The notes beneath the pieces were generated by a model. The model was not told where the DNA came from and made no database searches. It saw nothing but the letters and a program-made list of their open reading frames with translations. A DNA stretch of 20,000 nt from an uncultured virus (IMG/VR IMGVR_UViG_3300021197_001844) (lineage: Duplodnaviria > Heunggongvirae > Uroviricota > Caudoviricetes): the IMG/VR virus record IMGVR_UViG_3300021197_001844; one strand, written 5' to 3'. Positions 1 to 9,930 of the stretch are shown in pieces (the first letter of the stretch is position 1; each line of letters starts with the position of its first letter). The position numbers and the translations under genes are program-made.

Positions 1-1
1 C

Positions 2-3000
2 ATAAATTGGTGTCTCAACCAAATTAACATCAATTGATTCTTTTTTATCAAAATCATAATAATGGCCGGGAGATAGAAATCTCCTATTACTCCTATCGCC
101 AAACAGCCCAGCATCACTAGTAATTCCATGAAAGCGGTTTGGGTTTCTCCACATTCCCTCTTTCCAATTATAATGCTGCTGTAAAGATCTTATTTCTTCA
201 AAAATCTCTTCTATGTGTTCTGGTATTGTTGGTTCGCCGTTGGCGTCTTTGTATTCAAGCTCGTCAGATTCCCACATTCTCCAATACATTTGCACAGCTT
301 GCTCTAAGAAAGAAAGCCAATAATTTTGTTTTTCTATTTTTCTTGGGAACATTCCAACATTTGTTGTTGCTAAATCTTGTTGCACCCTTTTCGCTATCAT
401 TTGTGCAAAAGAGGAATCATAATTTTTTTCATTGTATTCTATGAAGCCCATGACTGGTAATGCGCCGATCAGGTGTTCCACAATATTAACTCTAATGACT
501 GTTTTTATACAGCCCTCGATCATGGATCTAGATTCTCTACCTATCAGTCTGTCAAATGGTATGTGGTAAAAACAGTCTTCACGACCAGAGAAGAATTTTT
601 CGTTTAATTTTATTTTATTTTTAGCCGTTTTCACATGCTTCATAACTTCATTGATATTTAAAATATCTTGTTGTTCTGGTTTACAGCCTGAAATGTCTGG
701 TGCAAGTATTCTTGCCATGCCCATCCAGCCAAAATATTTAGGGTCGTCAATGTACCATGGAGGACTGTTATATGTACCGCCATACCTTTTTGGGTCTAAT
801 AGCTTAAGTCTCGGGTTTGGCTTTTTCATTCTGCCTAGAATTTGTTCTTCTTCATCGTAGTCGTACTCTTCGCCATCAGGGCCTACGTATGTTGTCTCAT
901 CTTCAGTAAAATCGCTATTTAAATAACCAAAGTGGAAGCCATTTGGCACAGTTACAGTTTCATACTCTCCCTCTTTTGCTTTACCTTTGTCGTCAATTTT
1001 TTGGACCTCTACCGGCTCTATTTGGCCATCTCTAGGGACAGTGTCCAGACATATGTCTCTGAAGATGCCCAAGCACTTAGTCACAAAGTTATCATAAACG
1101 TCTTTACTCATAGCAATGTTGGTATTGGGCAGGTACTTGTTTAAGATATTGCCTAAAACGTATTCTAAAGCTTGATGTCTGTATGTTTTGTCTTTGTTAG
1201 TATATTCTACTACAAAATCAGACAAGTATTCTTCAATTCTTGAGCTTACTGGTTGGTTAATAACCATTCTGTATCTTTGGTTTCTACCGGTCTTCATATC
1301 ACCAGTAATTAAAAACGGCTCCAGCTTATCAACAACTCTTATGGTATAGTTAAAATTCTCTTCAATTTCAGGAAGGAGTACTTGCGAGCTATAAGAAACA
1401 CTTTGTTTAAACTTGTTTTTCTTTCCAACGCCAGTTTCATCTTTGTAGCCTAGTAGTGTCACCTTTGTTATAGGAATTAAATAATCCATTGAGGCTTCAG
1501 CTTTTTCCATTTCTTCTGTGTAGACATCAAAAGTAATTGGTGGCTTTATTCCGAATGGGTTGTACTCGCTACTAAGTTTTTTTCTATTTAATATATCTGT
1601 TGTTGAAGTTCTTGACTTAAAATTGAATGGTTTTTGCAATTCTTGAAACAAATGCAGCGAAACAGTCTTTGGGAAATAACCAATACTTGGCAAAAGAGCA
1701 AAGGGATCAAGGAAAAACCCCTCCTCTGCTTCTTCTTGTTCTTTACTGTCATAAACAAAGCGTCGAGTTAAGAAAAAGTTTCTCATAAAGCCGTGTGTCG
1801 AGAAAGGCAAACCAGCAGTATCAGTTAATATCCTACTAATAACCCCATGCCTCTTGCCATAAAGATCGGATGCAAATTTTAAACCGACAACTCGCCATGC
1901 CCTATCTAGGGCAGCATTAGAAAGCGACACTATTTCCTGCGGTTCATCTATCATACCATTAATTCTGGAACGTCCTTCATCATCGCAGCCCGGAGGCGTA
2001 TCAGGATCTCCAAATGCATCCTTTCCGCCAACCGGCCTAAGCATTTGCATAATTGAATCTTCAATATTTCCCGGCTGGTCTATTATTGATATAAGTGTGT
2101 CTTCTGCTCTTTTATTATATTTGTCAACTTGATCCGAAGCATCCTCAGGAGATAAACCTCTATTTTCTAAGTTGGTTTGTCTTAAATTATTCCACTGATC
2201 ATATTCTGCGTCTGTCAAGCAAATAGTATCAAAGAGAGGGGTATCACCTAATGGGTTTTCGCCAATCGCCTGACTAATTTGTTCCTGTTGGGAGTTCGGT
2301 ATTAGGTTGGTAATTGCACTCATAAATTCTGCTGCTTTAGTCGGGGGGTTAAAAAATGACTCTAATTCCGGTGCCCTAATTCTAATTGCATTTGTAATTC
2401 TTTGTAGTAGTTCTGGATTTTGATTAGGTTTAAAAATAACCATCATCATTTCTTGCTTTGTAAAATTGCCAGACATGGCTCCGGCAACCCTCATGGCAGC
2501 ATCCCTAGCTTGGTCTTTGCTAGCAATACCGGTGGTTGCAAGAACTGCTGCCATTGTATCTTTTGCTTTTTCATCATCAGCATTGCCGCCGCAAAATATG
2601 TCTCTAAATACATCCAGTAGTGGATCTTGAGCAAAGCCTCCAGAAATTGCATTTAATGCAGTTTTGCCGGTGGCCTCTAAAAGTTTACAAATTAGTTTCT
2701 CCAATTCAATAATAAATTGTACAACAATCCTAATGAGTATAGCAGTAAGTTGTTGGGTTATTGCGGATACTATGGCATCCCTTAAAAATTTCCACGGATT
2801 CATAAAAGGGTTTTGTAAGTTACCAATAAAGTTCCAATCAATAATTGGTCTGGTCGGATCACAAAAATTTGGTTTCTTCCAATTGAAAACATTTTGCATC
2901 TTTAGGGGAGGGTCAAAGAATGATTTCTTTGGACAAGAAAAGAAATCAAATATAAAGTCAGGTATTACTGCTATAACGGGCAGTTCTTTTATCATTTGTA

Positions 3001-6000
3001 AAAGACCGCTACTCGTAAATGTTTCTATTATAGTGTCAACATATGCCTTAAATATTACACCGATAATTTCGGCAGATTCTTTCCCAACAGAACCTTGCTT
3101 CGGAAAAGTTTTTTGCTGCTTTGCTTGTCTTTCGGCAACCTTTTCTTTTCTCTTTTTCATCCTTCGAGAAAGTTCAAGCATTTTATTTTCATCTTTTTGA
3201 AATTGTTCTTTAGTCTTAAGACTACCGTCTTTATTCAGAATGTTTGATAGCTTCGCAATTTTTTTAGAATCACGGCCGTTCATTATTGTTGATAATTTTG
3301 TTTTTAATTTAGAGCCTTTGTCATGAGTGAAATTAAGAACACTATTTTCTGAACTTGGTTGGTTATTTGTTTCGTACAGATCCCTACTTAAAACCCCCGA
3401 TGGCCCTACCGGTACTATGATTCCCTTGAACATATTATCAATTTTTTGTTGTACCTTTTCTTGTACTTCTAACTGCTTGTCAACGGGCAGTATATCTGTT
3501 GCAAAATATAAAAACTGGTCTATGTTTAATTCACCGACCACTTTCATAAATATAGTTTTTATAACATCCTCTAATTTAAGTTTACCAAACAAACACGACA
3601 TCGCCTGCTTAAGCCCTAATACCAAACCACAGAGTCCTATATCAGAAAGAAAATCCATAAATTTTTCTTGCTCATCCTTTCCATCAGTTGTAGGGTTGCT
3701 TCCGGTGATTATGTCATAAAACTTTTTCCCGAGTGTTTGATTGTAGTTGGGTATACCAGCTTTTATAGCCTCCTGTAAGTCTTTTTTGTAGGGATGACCA
3801 GCATCAAGTTCTTTTAGAGATTTAGAAAAGGTTTCTGCAAAGGCCTTTGTGCTCTCTTTATTTGTAAAATCCATCAATGCCAATTCTAATTGTTGCTTTT
3901 TCCACGCATCTAAAGCGTCCGGATCTGTCAAAATATCAGTAGGGGGCGGCGTCGGTGCAGGATTTTGCACTAGTTCATTTGTTGTTCGCCATCCAGCTTT
4001 TGCTTCCTTATATTTTTGGATTTCTGACGGTGTTGCGTTAGGGGCCGGGGCGGCCTGTTCTGCACCAATGGCTTTGGATTGCTCTCTTGCTTGATGAGCA
4101 GCATCAAAATACTCTTTGGACGCAGCACTTTGTAAAATAGCTTGCTCTTCGTAATAACCGTTACTGCCTTTTGTGAAGCCAGCTTCCATAGATTGGTATA
4201 TTTTAGCATTTGAACTAGCGGCTGTTGCTTTTGCTTCTTTTACCAAGCTTTCCAAATTTAATTTTGTTTGCTCTATAAACCTTTGTTTTTCTGCTTCATA
4301 CGCTCTATTAATTGCAGCTTGCTGGTCAGTGGATGCAAACCACCTCTGTAGTCCGGGATCTATTTGCGAGGAACCGTCCCTACACATTCTGGTTCTTAGT
4401 TCGTCTCTAAAAACATCCCATGTGCCAATAAACAAATCGTTTAAAATTTCGCCCCATGATTCAGCAGACATAAGAGGGAAATTTTCGAAAACACATTGAA
4501 GTGTTGTCTTGTCGCCCATCTCTCTACCTAAGGACATGCCCTCATTAACTATAACTTTTGGAAAAATAAATGTTTTAGACCAGTCTCCAATAGATTTCTT
4601 TTCTTTAGCCTGAAAGGACATTAATGCTTGATCCTTCTTAGCTAACAAATTCAACATTGTATAGTCTTCTCTTTTTCCGCAAGTCTTTTTGATAAACTTT
4701 TTAAGCCCTTTGACTTTTTTATAAATAATATTTAAGTCAGAAGGTTCACCGTCACCAGTATCCTCTGGGTATTTTTTTATTAAGCCTTCGTCTTTTTTGT
4801 TTTTGCTTATTGGGCTTACTATATTCTCTTCAGTCAATTTGACTTCTGGGCATGCTTCGATTGTAACGAACACATCTTTTATTTGAAACGCCTGTTGGCC
4901 GTTCAACTCAATCGCTTTTAAATCTATTCTTACGTTATTTACTTGTTTATGGTAAAAGTAATTAAAAAATGTTAAAGGATTGCCCTTCTGATAGGAGAAT
5001 GCCAGTTTATTTCTATTTAACAATTTTTCTAACTGATCTTTGAAGTTTTTTAAGCTGCCTTTGACCGGTTTAAAATCAAGCATATCAAAGCTTGTAGCGC
5101 CCTCTTCATCAAACTGAATAGACCCACCGTCTTTAATTCTAAAAATATCATATTCATAACCCATCAAAGTCAAGCCAGTTGACAGCCTAGTATATTCAAC
5201 TCTCCAGTTTTCATTATCAATTGTTATAGTTTGATCAGAGGGATCTTCATCCTCTTCGCCATCTTTCTCAGCATCTGGTAGCATGTCAACATTAAAGGCT
5301 GGAATTCTTACTGTGTATCTCAATATATTAGAATCTGGTAATAAATAAACCCCATCATCTGGGACATATGCATGCCATTCCATAGCATACTCGTTTATTG
5401 TACCATATGTTGCCCTTAACCTCATTAGTGAATTTTTAATGTCGGCACCTAGGAACCCCGTGATATAGTTATCAAAATCACTAAGTGCGTCTTTCTCCGC
5501 TTGGCTTGAATAAGAAATAGATAGTATGTCCCACACTTTTCCAACTACACCGGCCATAGCCACAGCGCCGTAAACTATGCCGGCTATGGGGGCGGCTGGT
5601 GTGAAGAGAGATGCACCAAATAAAGCAGTGAGAGTACCACCAGCTAACATTGAATACTTTGGAGTCTGGAGTTTATCATTTATCCACTTCTGCCCTGTTG
5701 ACATCTTCATCAGATAATTATTAATATTCTCCTTATTATCCTCTACATCTTTAAAAGAGTATTGGCATCCTCCAAATGCACAAACAGTTCTATCATTATT
5801 CATTTTACCAAATTCATCTAATATGGTTCTAATACCCAGTCTTATGCGGTCCGGATCTCTAGCCCAATCAATCAACTTGGTAAACTTGCTGTTCTTTTTA
5901 CCATTTTTTGTGTCCCTATAATTACCAGACTCTAGGGCTCTAAGATTAATTTCATCCCTTGCTTTATCTGTAGCTTTCTCCCACAACTCTTGGGACTTTG

Positions 6001-6493
6001 GTGGTCTTTTATCTTCATCTTCAGAATACCATTTTAATAATCCAACACCTTGAATTTGGTCTGGGTTTTCTTTTAGGTATTCGGATACAGCATCGATAAA
6101 ATATTCTTTTCTTAAATCGTTAAAAGTCCCCAATTTGGTGGTGTCGTTTTTCCCACCAACTAATTTATCTAAATCTACTTCGACAACAGCTACATATTCA
6201 CATTTAGTTTTGTCTAAAAAGGCCTCCTCTTCATAACTTGGACTTCTCCAATCATCCGGAGTTGCGCTTTCATCTATTATGCAACTTGGACAAAACGGAG
6301 CAGCAACAACAAAGTCCTTTTCAGCACACTGATCTTTCTGGATTTGATCAAAGCCTATATCAGAAGGTTCGATAACAGCTTGTTCATCAGAAGATAATTG
6401 TTGTGTGGCCTCTTCAGTATTAGAACTATTATTGCTTTCAGGCGTTTCTGGTCCGGGCGTTGTGTCTAAATTTTGATTGTTTTCTTGGGGCAT
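2..6493 (-). CDS. Giant hypothetical protein, probably virion structural (baseplate/tail-associated); at least 2164 aa, 3' end outside the window
   Basis: ATG at 6493-6491 with AAGGA (6505-6501) upstream; begins MPQENNQNLDTTPGPETPES. The frame was open in every stretch I translated (6170-6493, 5520-5700, 2220-2280, 2-60: ...YYDFDKKESIDVNLVETPIY). The ORF track reports no minus-strand ORF in this frame, as expected if no stop occurs before the window edge. Function is inferred only from its position after the spike-like gene. Confidence 0.85.
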   Translation of the reverse strand, partial: MPQENNQNLDTTPGPETPESNNSSNTEEATQQLSSDEQAVIEPSDIGFDQIQKDQCAEKDFVVAAPFCPSCIIDESATPDDWRSPSYEEEAFLDKTKCEYVAVVEVDLDKLVGGKNDTTKLGTFNDLRKEYFIDAVSEYLKENPDQIQGVGLLKWYSEDEDKRPPKSQELWEKATDKARDEINLRALESGNYRDTKNGKKNSKFTKLIDWARDPDRIRLGIRTILDEFGKMNNDRTVCAFGGCQYSFKDVEDNKENINNYLMKMSTGQKWINDKLQTPKYSMLAGGTLTALFGASLFTPAAPIAGIVYGAVAMAGVVGKVWDILSISYSSQAEKDALSDFDNYITGFLGADIKNSLMRLRATYGTINEYAMEWHAYVPDDGVYLLPDSNILRYTVRIPAFNVDMLPDAEKDGEEDEDPSDQTITIDNENWRVEYTRLSTGLTLMGYEYDIFRIKDGGSIQFDEEGATSFDMLDFKPVKGSLKNFKDQLEKLLNRNKLAFSYQKGNPLTFFNYFYHKQVNNVRIDLKAIELNGQQAFQIKDVFVTIEACPEVKLTEENIVSPISKNKKDEGLIKKYPEDTGDGEPSDLNIIYKKVKGLKKFIKKTCGKREDYTMLNLLAKKDQALMSFQAKEKKSIGDWSKTFIFPKVIVNEGMSLGREMGDKTTLQCVFENFPLMSAESWGEILNDLFIGTWDVFRDELRTRMCRDGSSQIDPGLQRWFASTDQQAAINRAYEAEKQRFIEQTKLNLESLVKEAKATAASSNAKIYQSMEAGFTKGSNGYYEEQAILQSAASKEYFDAAHQAREQSKAIGAEQAAPAPNATPSEIQKYKEAKAGWRTTNELVQNPAPTPPPTDILTDPDALDAWKKQQLELALMDFTNKESTKAFAETFSKSLKELDAGHPYKKDLQEAIKAGIPNYNQTLGKKFYDIITGSNPTTDGKDEQEKFMDFLSDIGLCGLVLGLKQAMSCLFGKLKLEDVIKTIFMKVVGELNIDQFLYFATDILPVDKQLEVQEKVQQKIDNMFKGIIVPVGPSGVLSRDLYETNNQPSSENSVLNFTHDKGSKLKTKLSTIMNGRDSKKIAKLSNILNKDGSLKTKEQFQKDENKMLELSRRMKKRKEKVAERQAKQQKTFPKQGSVGKESAEIIGVIFKAYVDTIIETFTSSGLLQMIKELPVIAVIPDFIFDFFSCPKKSFFDPPLKMQNVFNWKKPNFCDPTRPIIDWNFIGNLQNPFMNPWKFLRDAIVSAITQQLTAILIRIVVQFIIELEKLICKLLEATGKTALNAISGGFAQDPLLDVFRDIFCGGNADDEKAKDTMAAVLATTGIASKDQARDAAMRVAGAMSGNFTKQEMMMVIFKPNQNPELLQRITNAIRIRAPELESFFNPPTKAAEFMSAITNLIPNSQQEQISQAIGENPLGDTPLFDTICLTDAEYDQWNNLRQTNLENRGLSPEDASDQVDKYNKRAEDTLISIIDQPGNIEDSIMQMLRPVGGKDAFGDPDTPPGCDDEGRSRINGMIDEPQEIVSLSNAALDRAWRVVGLKFASDLYGKRHGVISRILTDTAGLPFSTHGFMRNFFLTRRFVYDSKEQEEAEEGFFLDPFALLPSIGYFPKTVSLHLFQELQKPFNFKSRTSTTDILNRKKLSSEYNPFGIKPPITFDVYTEEMEKAEASMDYLIPITKVTLLGYKDETGVGKKNKFKQSVSYSSQVLLPEIEENFNYTIRVVDKLEPFLITGDMKTGRNQRYRMVINQPVSSRIEEYLSDFVVEYTNKDKTYRHQALEYVLGNILNKYLPNTNIAMSKDVYDNFVTKCLGIFRDICLDTVPRDGQIEPVEVQKIDDKGKAKEGEYETVTVPNGFHFGYLNSDFTEDETTYVGPDGEEYDYDEEEQILGRMKKPNPRLKLLDPKRYGGTYNSPPWYIDDPKYFGWMGMARILAPDISGCKPEQQDILNINEVMKHVKTAKNKIKLNEKFFSGREDCFYHIPFDRLIGRESRSMIEGCIKTVIRVNIVEHLIGALPVMGFIEYNEKNYDSSFAQMIAKRVQQDLATTNVGMFPRKIEKQNYWLSFLEQAVQMYWRMWESDELEYKDANGEPTIPEHIEEIFEEIRSLQQHYNWKEGMWRNPNRFHGITSDAGLFGDRSNRRFLSPGHYYDFDKKESIDVNLVETPIY

Positions 6494-6503
6494 TATTGTA
6501 TCC

Positions 6504-7529
6504 TTAAGTTGTATTCACAAATCTGCTGTTTATGTATGTCGAGAAAGTGGGAGTCAAATAAACTATCCTATTTACAGCCGTATTGAATGTTAATATTAAA
6601 CCATCCATCCAGTTCTTCCAGCAATCTATCCAAGTTGGAAAAATAGCAAGAGCACTAGTAACAGGAGGAGTAGTTGGCCCAAATGGGACATTTGATTCGT
6701 GAACATGTGCCTGAAAAATATTAATTAAGGTCTGTATCCATCGTGTATTGTTGACAACCATATTTGAGATTGTTGATATAGCATCCATAATTAGTGTAAT
6801 CACAGCTTTTAAATTATTACCTTTAGGTATTGGTTGTAGTTTTGGGCTTGTTACGTTACCAGCCGCAGAGCCAAAAATATTATAAAGTTTGCCACCCTCG
6901 TTTCCAGTGTGGTTCCCGGCAATTAAATCAATTTTACCAGAGTATTCTAGCCTACCGCCGCCGGAGTTTTTTTCACCGTAAGTGCCACCGTCTTGTAGTA
7001 ACATCTTTCCTGCTACTATTTTTACGTGTTCCCTACCTATGATTCTTGTATGATCTGCCTTAATTCCCGCTGCTGATTTAAATTTAGAGGCTGAAGTCAC
7101 TTCAGAGCCTTGGGCTAAACCAAAGTAAGAATCAACATTACTTTTTTCTGATAAAAATATCCTTGCTGTATCATGAATAAAGCTAGGGTCCACTTCTCTA
7201 TCAGCTACTGAGACTATCTCTCCTTTGGCTAGCTTTTTTTTAATTTTCTCTTTGTAATCGTGGCCTCCCATTCCGACTACAAGGTCAATCATACCACAAC
7301 CAGTTCCTCCTTGACCTCCCATGCCATCGATACCAGTTCCGTCCCGGTCTCTTCCCATTACAATGGCGGAATTATTATTGCCATGTTTTATGATTTCATT
7401 TCCGCCCGGCTTATACTGTGGTATAAATGGACCCTCATTTAAATGGTGGTTATACAGGCCACCAAATTCATTTGGGTCTTGGGATGCTACAATTGGGTCT
7501 CTTACCTTTGGGTCATTTGAAGTTGACAT
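6504..7529 (-). CDS. Putative baseplate central spike/hub protein (gp5/gpV-like C-terminal part), 341 aa
   Basis: AAGGAG SD upstream. Gly-rich short beta-strand-like segments (SAIVMGRDR, MIDLVVG, ARIFLSEKSNVD, AAGIKADHTRIIGREHVKIVAG, KIDLIAG), then a helical stretch and an H-V-H motif at 6699-6707, resembling the HxH metal-binding tip of phage spikes. Confidence 0.6.
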   Translation of the reverse strand: MSTSNDPKVRDPIVASQDPNEFGGLYNHHLNEGPFIPQYKPGGNEIIKHGNNNSAIVMGRDRDGTGIDGMGGQGGTGCGMIDLVVGMGGHDYKEKIKKKLAKGEIVSVADREVDPSFIHDTARIFLSEKSNVDSYFGLAQGSEVTSASKFKSAAGIKADHTRIIGREHVKIVAGKMLLQDGGTYGEKNSGGGRLEYSGKIDLIAGNHTGNEGGKLYNIFGSAAGNVTSPKLQPIPKGNNLKAVITLIMDAISTISNMVVNNTRWIQTLINIFQAHVHESNVPFGPTTPPVTSALAIFPTWIDCWKNWMDGLILTFNTAVNRIVYLTPTFSTYINSRFVNTT

Positions 7530-7540
7530 GATGTATCTCC

Positions 7541-8761
7541 TTATTTTTTAAAATATTTTTCATATATTTTCTGTGCGTAGGTTCCTCTTTTGGGGCATTT
7601 ATTTATTAATTTGCCTTCCGAGTTTCTAGCTGTGTAGGCTGCTTGGCTCCCCGCTGGTCTTTCAAATTTTGTACATATTAGTGTACCAGCTTTTTTGGCA
7701 TCACCCAATTTGTGCAAGCCAAGATTTTTAATTTTTTTACTTACAAACGCAAACTGTACTTCGTCTTTTTTAATTTCATTTGCCCATGCTTGTTTACCAG
7801 ACTCTGTTGACAAATCTATTCCAAGCTCTGTTGCTAATTGAGACCCGGCACCAGTTTTTGTGCACATCTGCAATTGCCAGTATCCCCAAGAACAATATAA
7901 TCTAGCTCCCTTCGCAAATCCATAACCCTTCACTGCTTTAGCTACAACTTTGCTATATTTTTCTGTTATTTTGTTATATTTTTCCGGATTTGGCTCGGAA
8001 CCGTCTGCTGCATGCTTTTTACGTTTGTTTAGCCAATAAGATGGTGGGTCACCGCCAATTGTATTCCTAAACGTCCCTCCTGTCTCACTAGAGGCATTAG
8101 ATACCAAACCTGCTAATGATTGAGGTGTCCAGTCTTTAAAGTGAGGTGAAGCTTTTATTTTTGCGATAAAGGCTTCAAGTGTGCTATCTAGTGAATTATC
8201 AACAGTGATGTTGGTACCTCCTGTTGGCGTTCCTGAATTCCACATACCCCTAGTCGTGACCATTCGCCCACTAGATATCAGTTTATAAAAATTCTCATCT
8301 GGTGCGATAATTTTCTTTACAAAATAAGTACCACCTAGGTCTTCTATGTACAGTTTCGAACCAATAATGGGCTTTTGACCTGTTGATTCGGTAAATGCAA
8401 AAGGGTATCTAGATATCACATGGGCCATTTTTGATTCTAGAATCCCATGAGTTATAGGGGGCAAATAGGCTGTCGGGGATTCTAATCTATTGTCAAACAC
8501 GTTTGTCACTATCTGTATCCTTACCTTATATCTTGATATCCCGTCACCAAGATCGACCAATTCTACTGGGTTTGTGGTAGTGTCGTACTTTCCCTTTTCA
8601 ACAGATTCTTGACTCCATCCGGATAAAGCATTAGCATACCAATGGTTGGATGTGCTTGAATATAAGGCTTCTTCCAAATTATCGTTTAAGCGATTGGTAT
8701 AATTTTCAAATTTATCCATGCCTAAATCAAAATATGGAGTATGATTCTTTTTGTATCCCAT
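7541..8761 (-). CDS. Paralog C: shared N-terminal domain plus C-terminal phage tail lysozyme-like (Phage_lysozyme2-type) domain, 406 aa
   Basis: C-terminal motifs SLAGLVSNASSETGG ... SWGYWQL ... QFAFV ... AGTLICTKFERPAG ... KRGTYAQKIYEKY match the AG(I/L)xGNxxxES / G(I/L)xQW / FERP / R...A pattern of Phage_lysozyme2. The N-terminus aligns by eye with the ORFs at 8765 and 9931. Confidence 0.75.
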   Translation of the reverse strand: MGYKKNHTPYFDLGMDKFENYTNRLNDNLEEALYSSTSNHWYANALSGWSQESVEKGKYDTTTNPVELVDLGDGISRYKVRIQIVTNVFDNRLESPTAYLPPITHGILESKMAHVISRYPFAFTESTGQKPIIGSKLYIEDLGGTYFVKKIIAPDENFYKLISSGRMVTTRGMWNSGTPTGGTNITVDNSLDSTLEAFIAKIKASPHFKDWTPQSLAGLVSNASSETGGTFRNTIGGDPPSYWLNKRKKHAADGSEPNPEKYNKITEKYSKVVAKAVKGYGFAKGARLYCSWGYWQLQMCTKTGAGSQLATELGIDLSTESGKQAWANEIKKDEVQFAFVSKKIKNLGLHKLGDAKKAGTLICTKFERPAGSQAAYTARNSEGKLINKCPKRGTYAQKIYEKYFKK

Positions 8762-8764
8762 CCT

Positions 8765-9922
8765 TTAAAACGCCCTATTGTTTATTGGTTCCCAGTGCCA
8801 TGGCTCTTTCAGTGATTTCGTACTCATAACTGTTCCTTTTTGGCCTAACCAAGCCCATTTAATTCCAGCAAAACCAATTTTATAAGCATTCTCAAGCAAC
8901 CATTTGTGATATTTATCATACCCAAGAAAACATGCATCCCCCGTACATTCCTTATTAAGTGGCTTGCGAATATCCACTGCTTGTCCCCAGCCGTGGTTTG
9001 ATCGCCCCGGGACAGCAGTAGTACAAGGAACAAACATATCCTTGCACTTTCCCTTGCGGACTCCAGACTTTCTATTTATTATCTGCTGCCTAAAGCTTCT
9101 AATGCCCGAGGAACGCATCTTATGACCAAAGTGGGAGTGAAATGCTCTAGCCATCTCGTTAAAGCTCGCTACGTAATCTTTTAAAACAGAGCCATCACCA
9201 GACCCCCACTTTGTCCAATATCTGGTGTCCGGCACTTGTAATAAATCAGTTGGCAAAGAGCCATTAAGTAATTCGGCGCCCCTGTATGCTGGGACTATTC
9301 CTTTATACACCTTTTTTGCCCTCTTAAGGCCATACTTATTTTCAAGCTCTGTATCGGCCTTGCTACCACCGCCATGCAGAGATCTGGTGCTCGATCCGGG
9401 ACCAGTTGGCGAAAAATGCGTCTTTGGTGCCGAAATATTATTAACAATGAAAAAACTATCACCAATTTTTCTAACTATAATTAGACTTCCGTGTGTTAAT
9501 GTTTGTTCTTCAAAGTCTGACGCAATTGTGTAGGCAGAAGGGTGTATTGCAATTCTAGATTGCATTTCAGCCTCGGTAATGCCCATCTGAAAAGGGCTTT
9601 TCAGATGTGAAGTAAAGTCAATAGAATTTTCAGAATATGTTTCACTCTCGATACATCTAAATTTAATTTTTCGTCTTAAAATACCATCAGTACTAAAAGT
9701 GACAAATTCCACCTCATTCTCAACGTAGCTACTACCGGCGGCTATTGCCGCAGCATACCCACTTAATACCACCGCTAGACACTCATCTTCGTTTGTTGAG
9801 GCCGATATCTTTTCGGATGCATCATTTAATTGAGATAATACTGCATCTCCATACGCTGCTTTATTGCTAGCTAAGAAATCATAAAAATCTGGGGTTATTA
9901 TATTTTTTAAATAATTCGACAT
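8765..9922 (-). CDS. Paralog B: shared N-terminal domain plus C-terminal M15 (VanY-like) Zn peptidase, 385 aa
   Basis: SGIRSFRQQ, AVPGRSNHGWGQAVDI (SxHxxGxAxD), WLLENAYKIGF and EPWHWE are the canonical M15B motifs, and NGSLPTDLL precedes them as is common in this family. Confidence 0.85.
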   Translation of the reverse strand: MSNYLKNIITPDFYDFLASNKAAYGDAVLSQLNDASEKISASTNEDECLAVVLSGYAAAIAAGSSYVENEVEFVTFSTDGILRRKIKFRCIESETYSENSIDFTSHLKSPFQMGITEAEMQSRIAIHPSAYTIASDFEEQTLTHGSLIIVRKIGDSFFIVNNISAPKTHFSPTGPGSSTRSLHGGGSKADTELENKYGLKRAKKVYKGIVPAYRGAELLNGSLPTDLLQVPDTRYWTKWGSGDGSVLKDYVASFNEMARAFHSHFGHKMRSSGIRSFRQQIINRKSGVRKGKCKDMFVPCTTAVPGRSNHGWGQAVDIRKPLNKECTGDACFLGYDKYHKWLLENAYKIGFAGIKWAWLGQKGTVMSTKSLKEPWHWEPINNRAF

Positions 9923-9930
9923 ATTGTTTA

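Noticed and set aside
139..4499. Plus-strand ORFs of 66-178 aa in the track (139, 651, 932, 2420, 2664, 3327, 3849, 4173) and the minus-strand ORF 3970-4209
   Set aside because: They are antisense or out-of-frame shadows of the giant ORF, mostly Phe/Ser/Leu-rich and with no recognisable motifs.
1..6500. Apparent 6.5 kb gene desert, suggesting non-coding DNA or stop-codon reassignment
   Set aside because: It is explained by one open minus-strand frame running off the window. TAA, TAG (13104, 14285) and TGA all end genes at sensible boundaries, so the standard code fits.
8765..9300. VanY-like domain read as a vancomycin-resistance gene
   Set aside because: No van cluster is present. The M15 domain is fused to a phage module between two lysozyme-like paralogs, so a virion-associated peptidase fits better.
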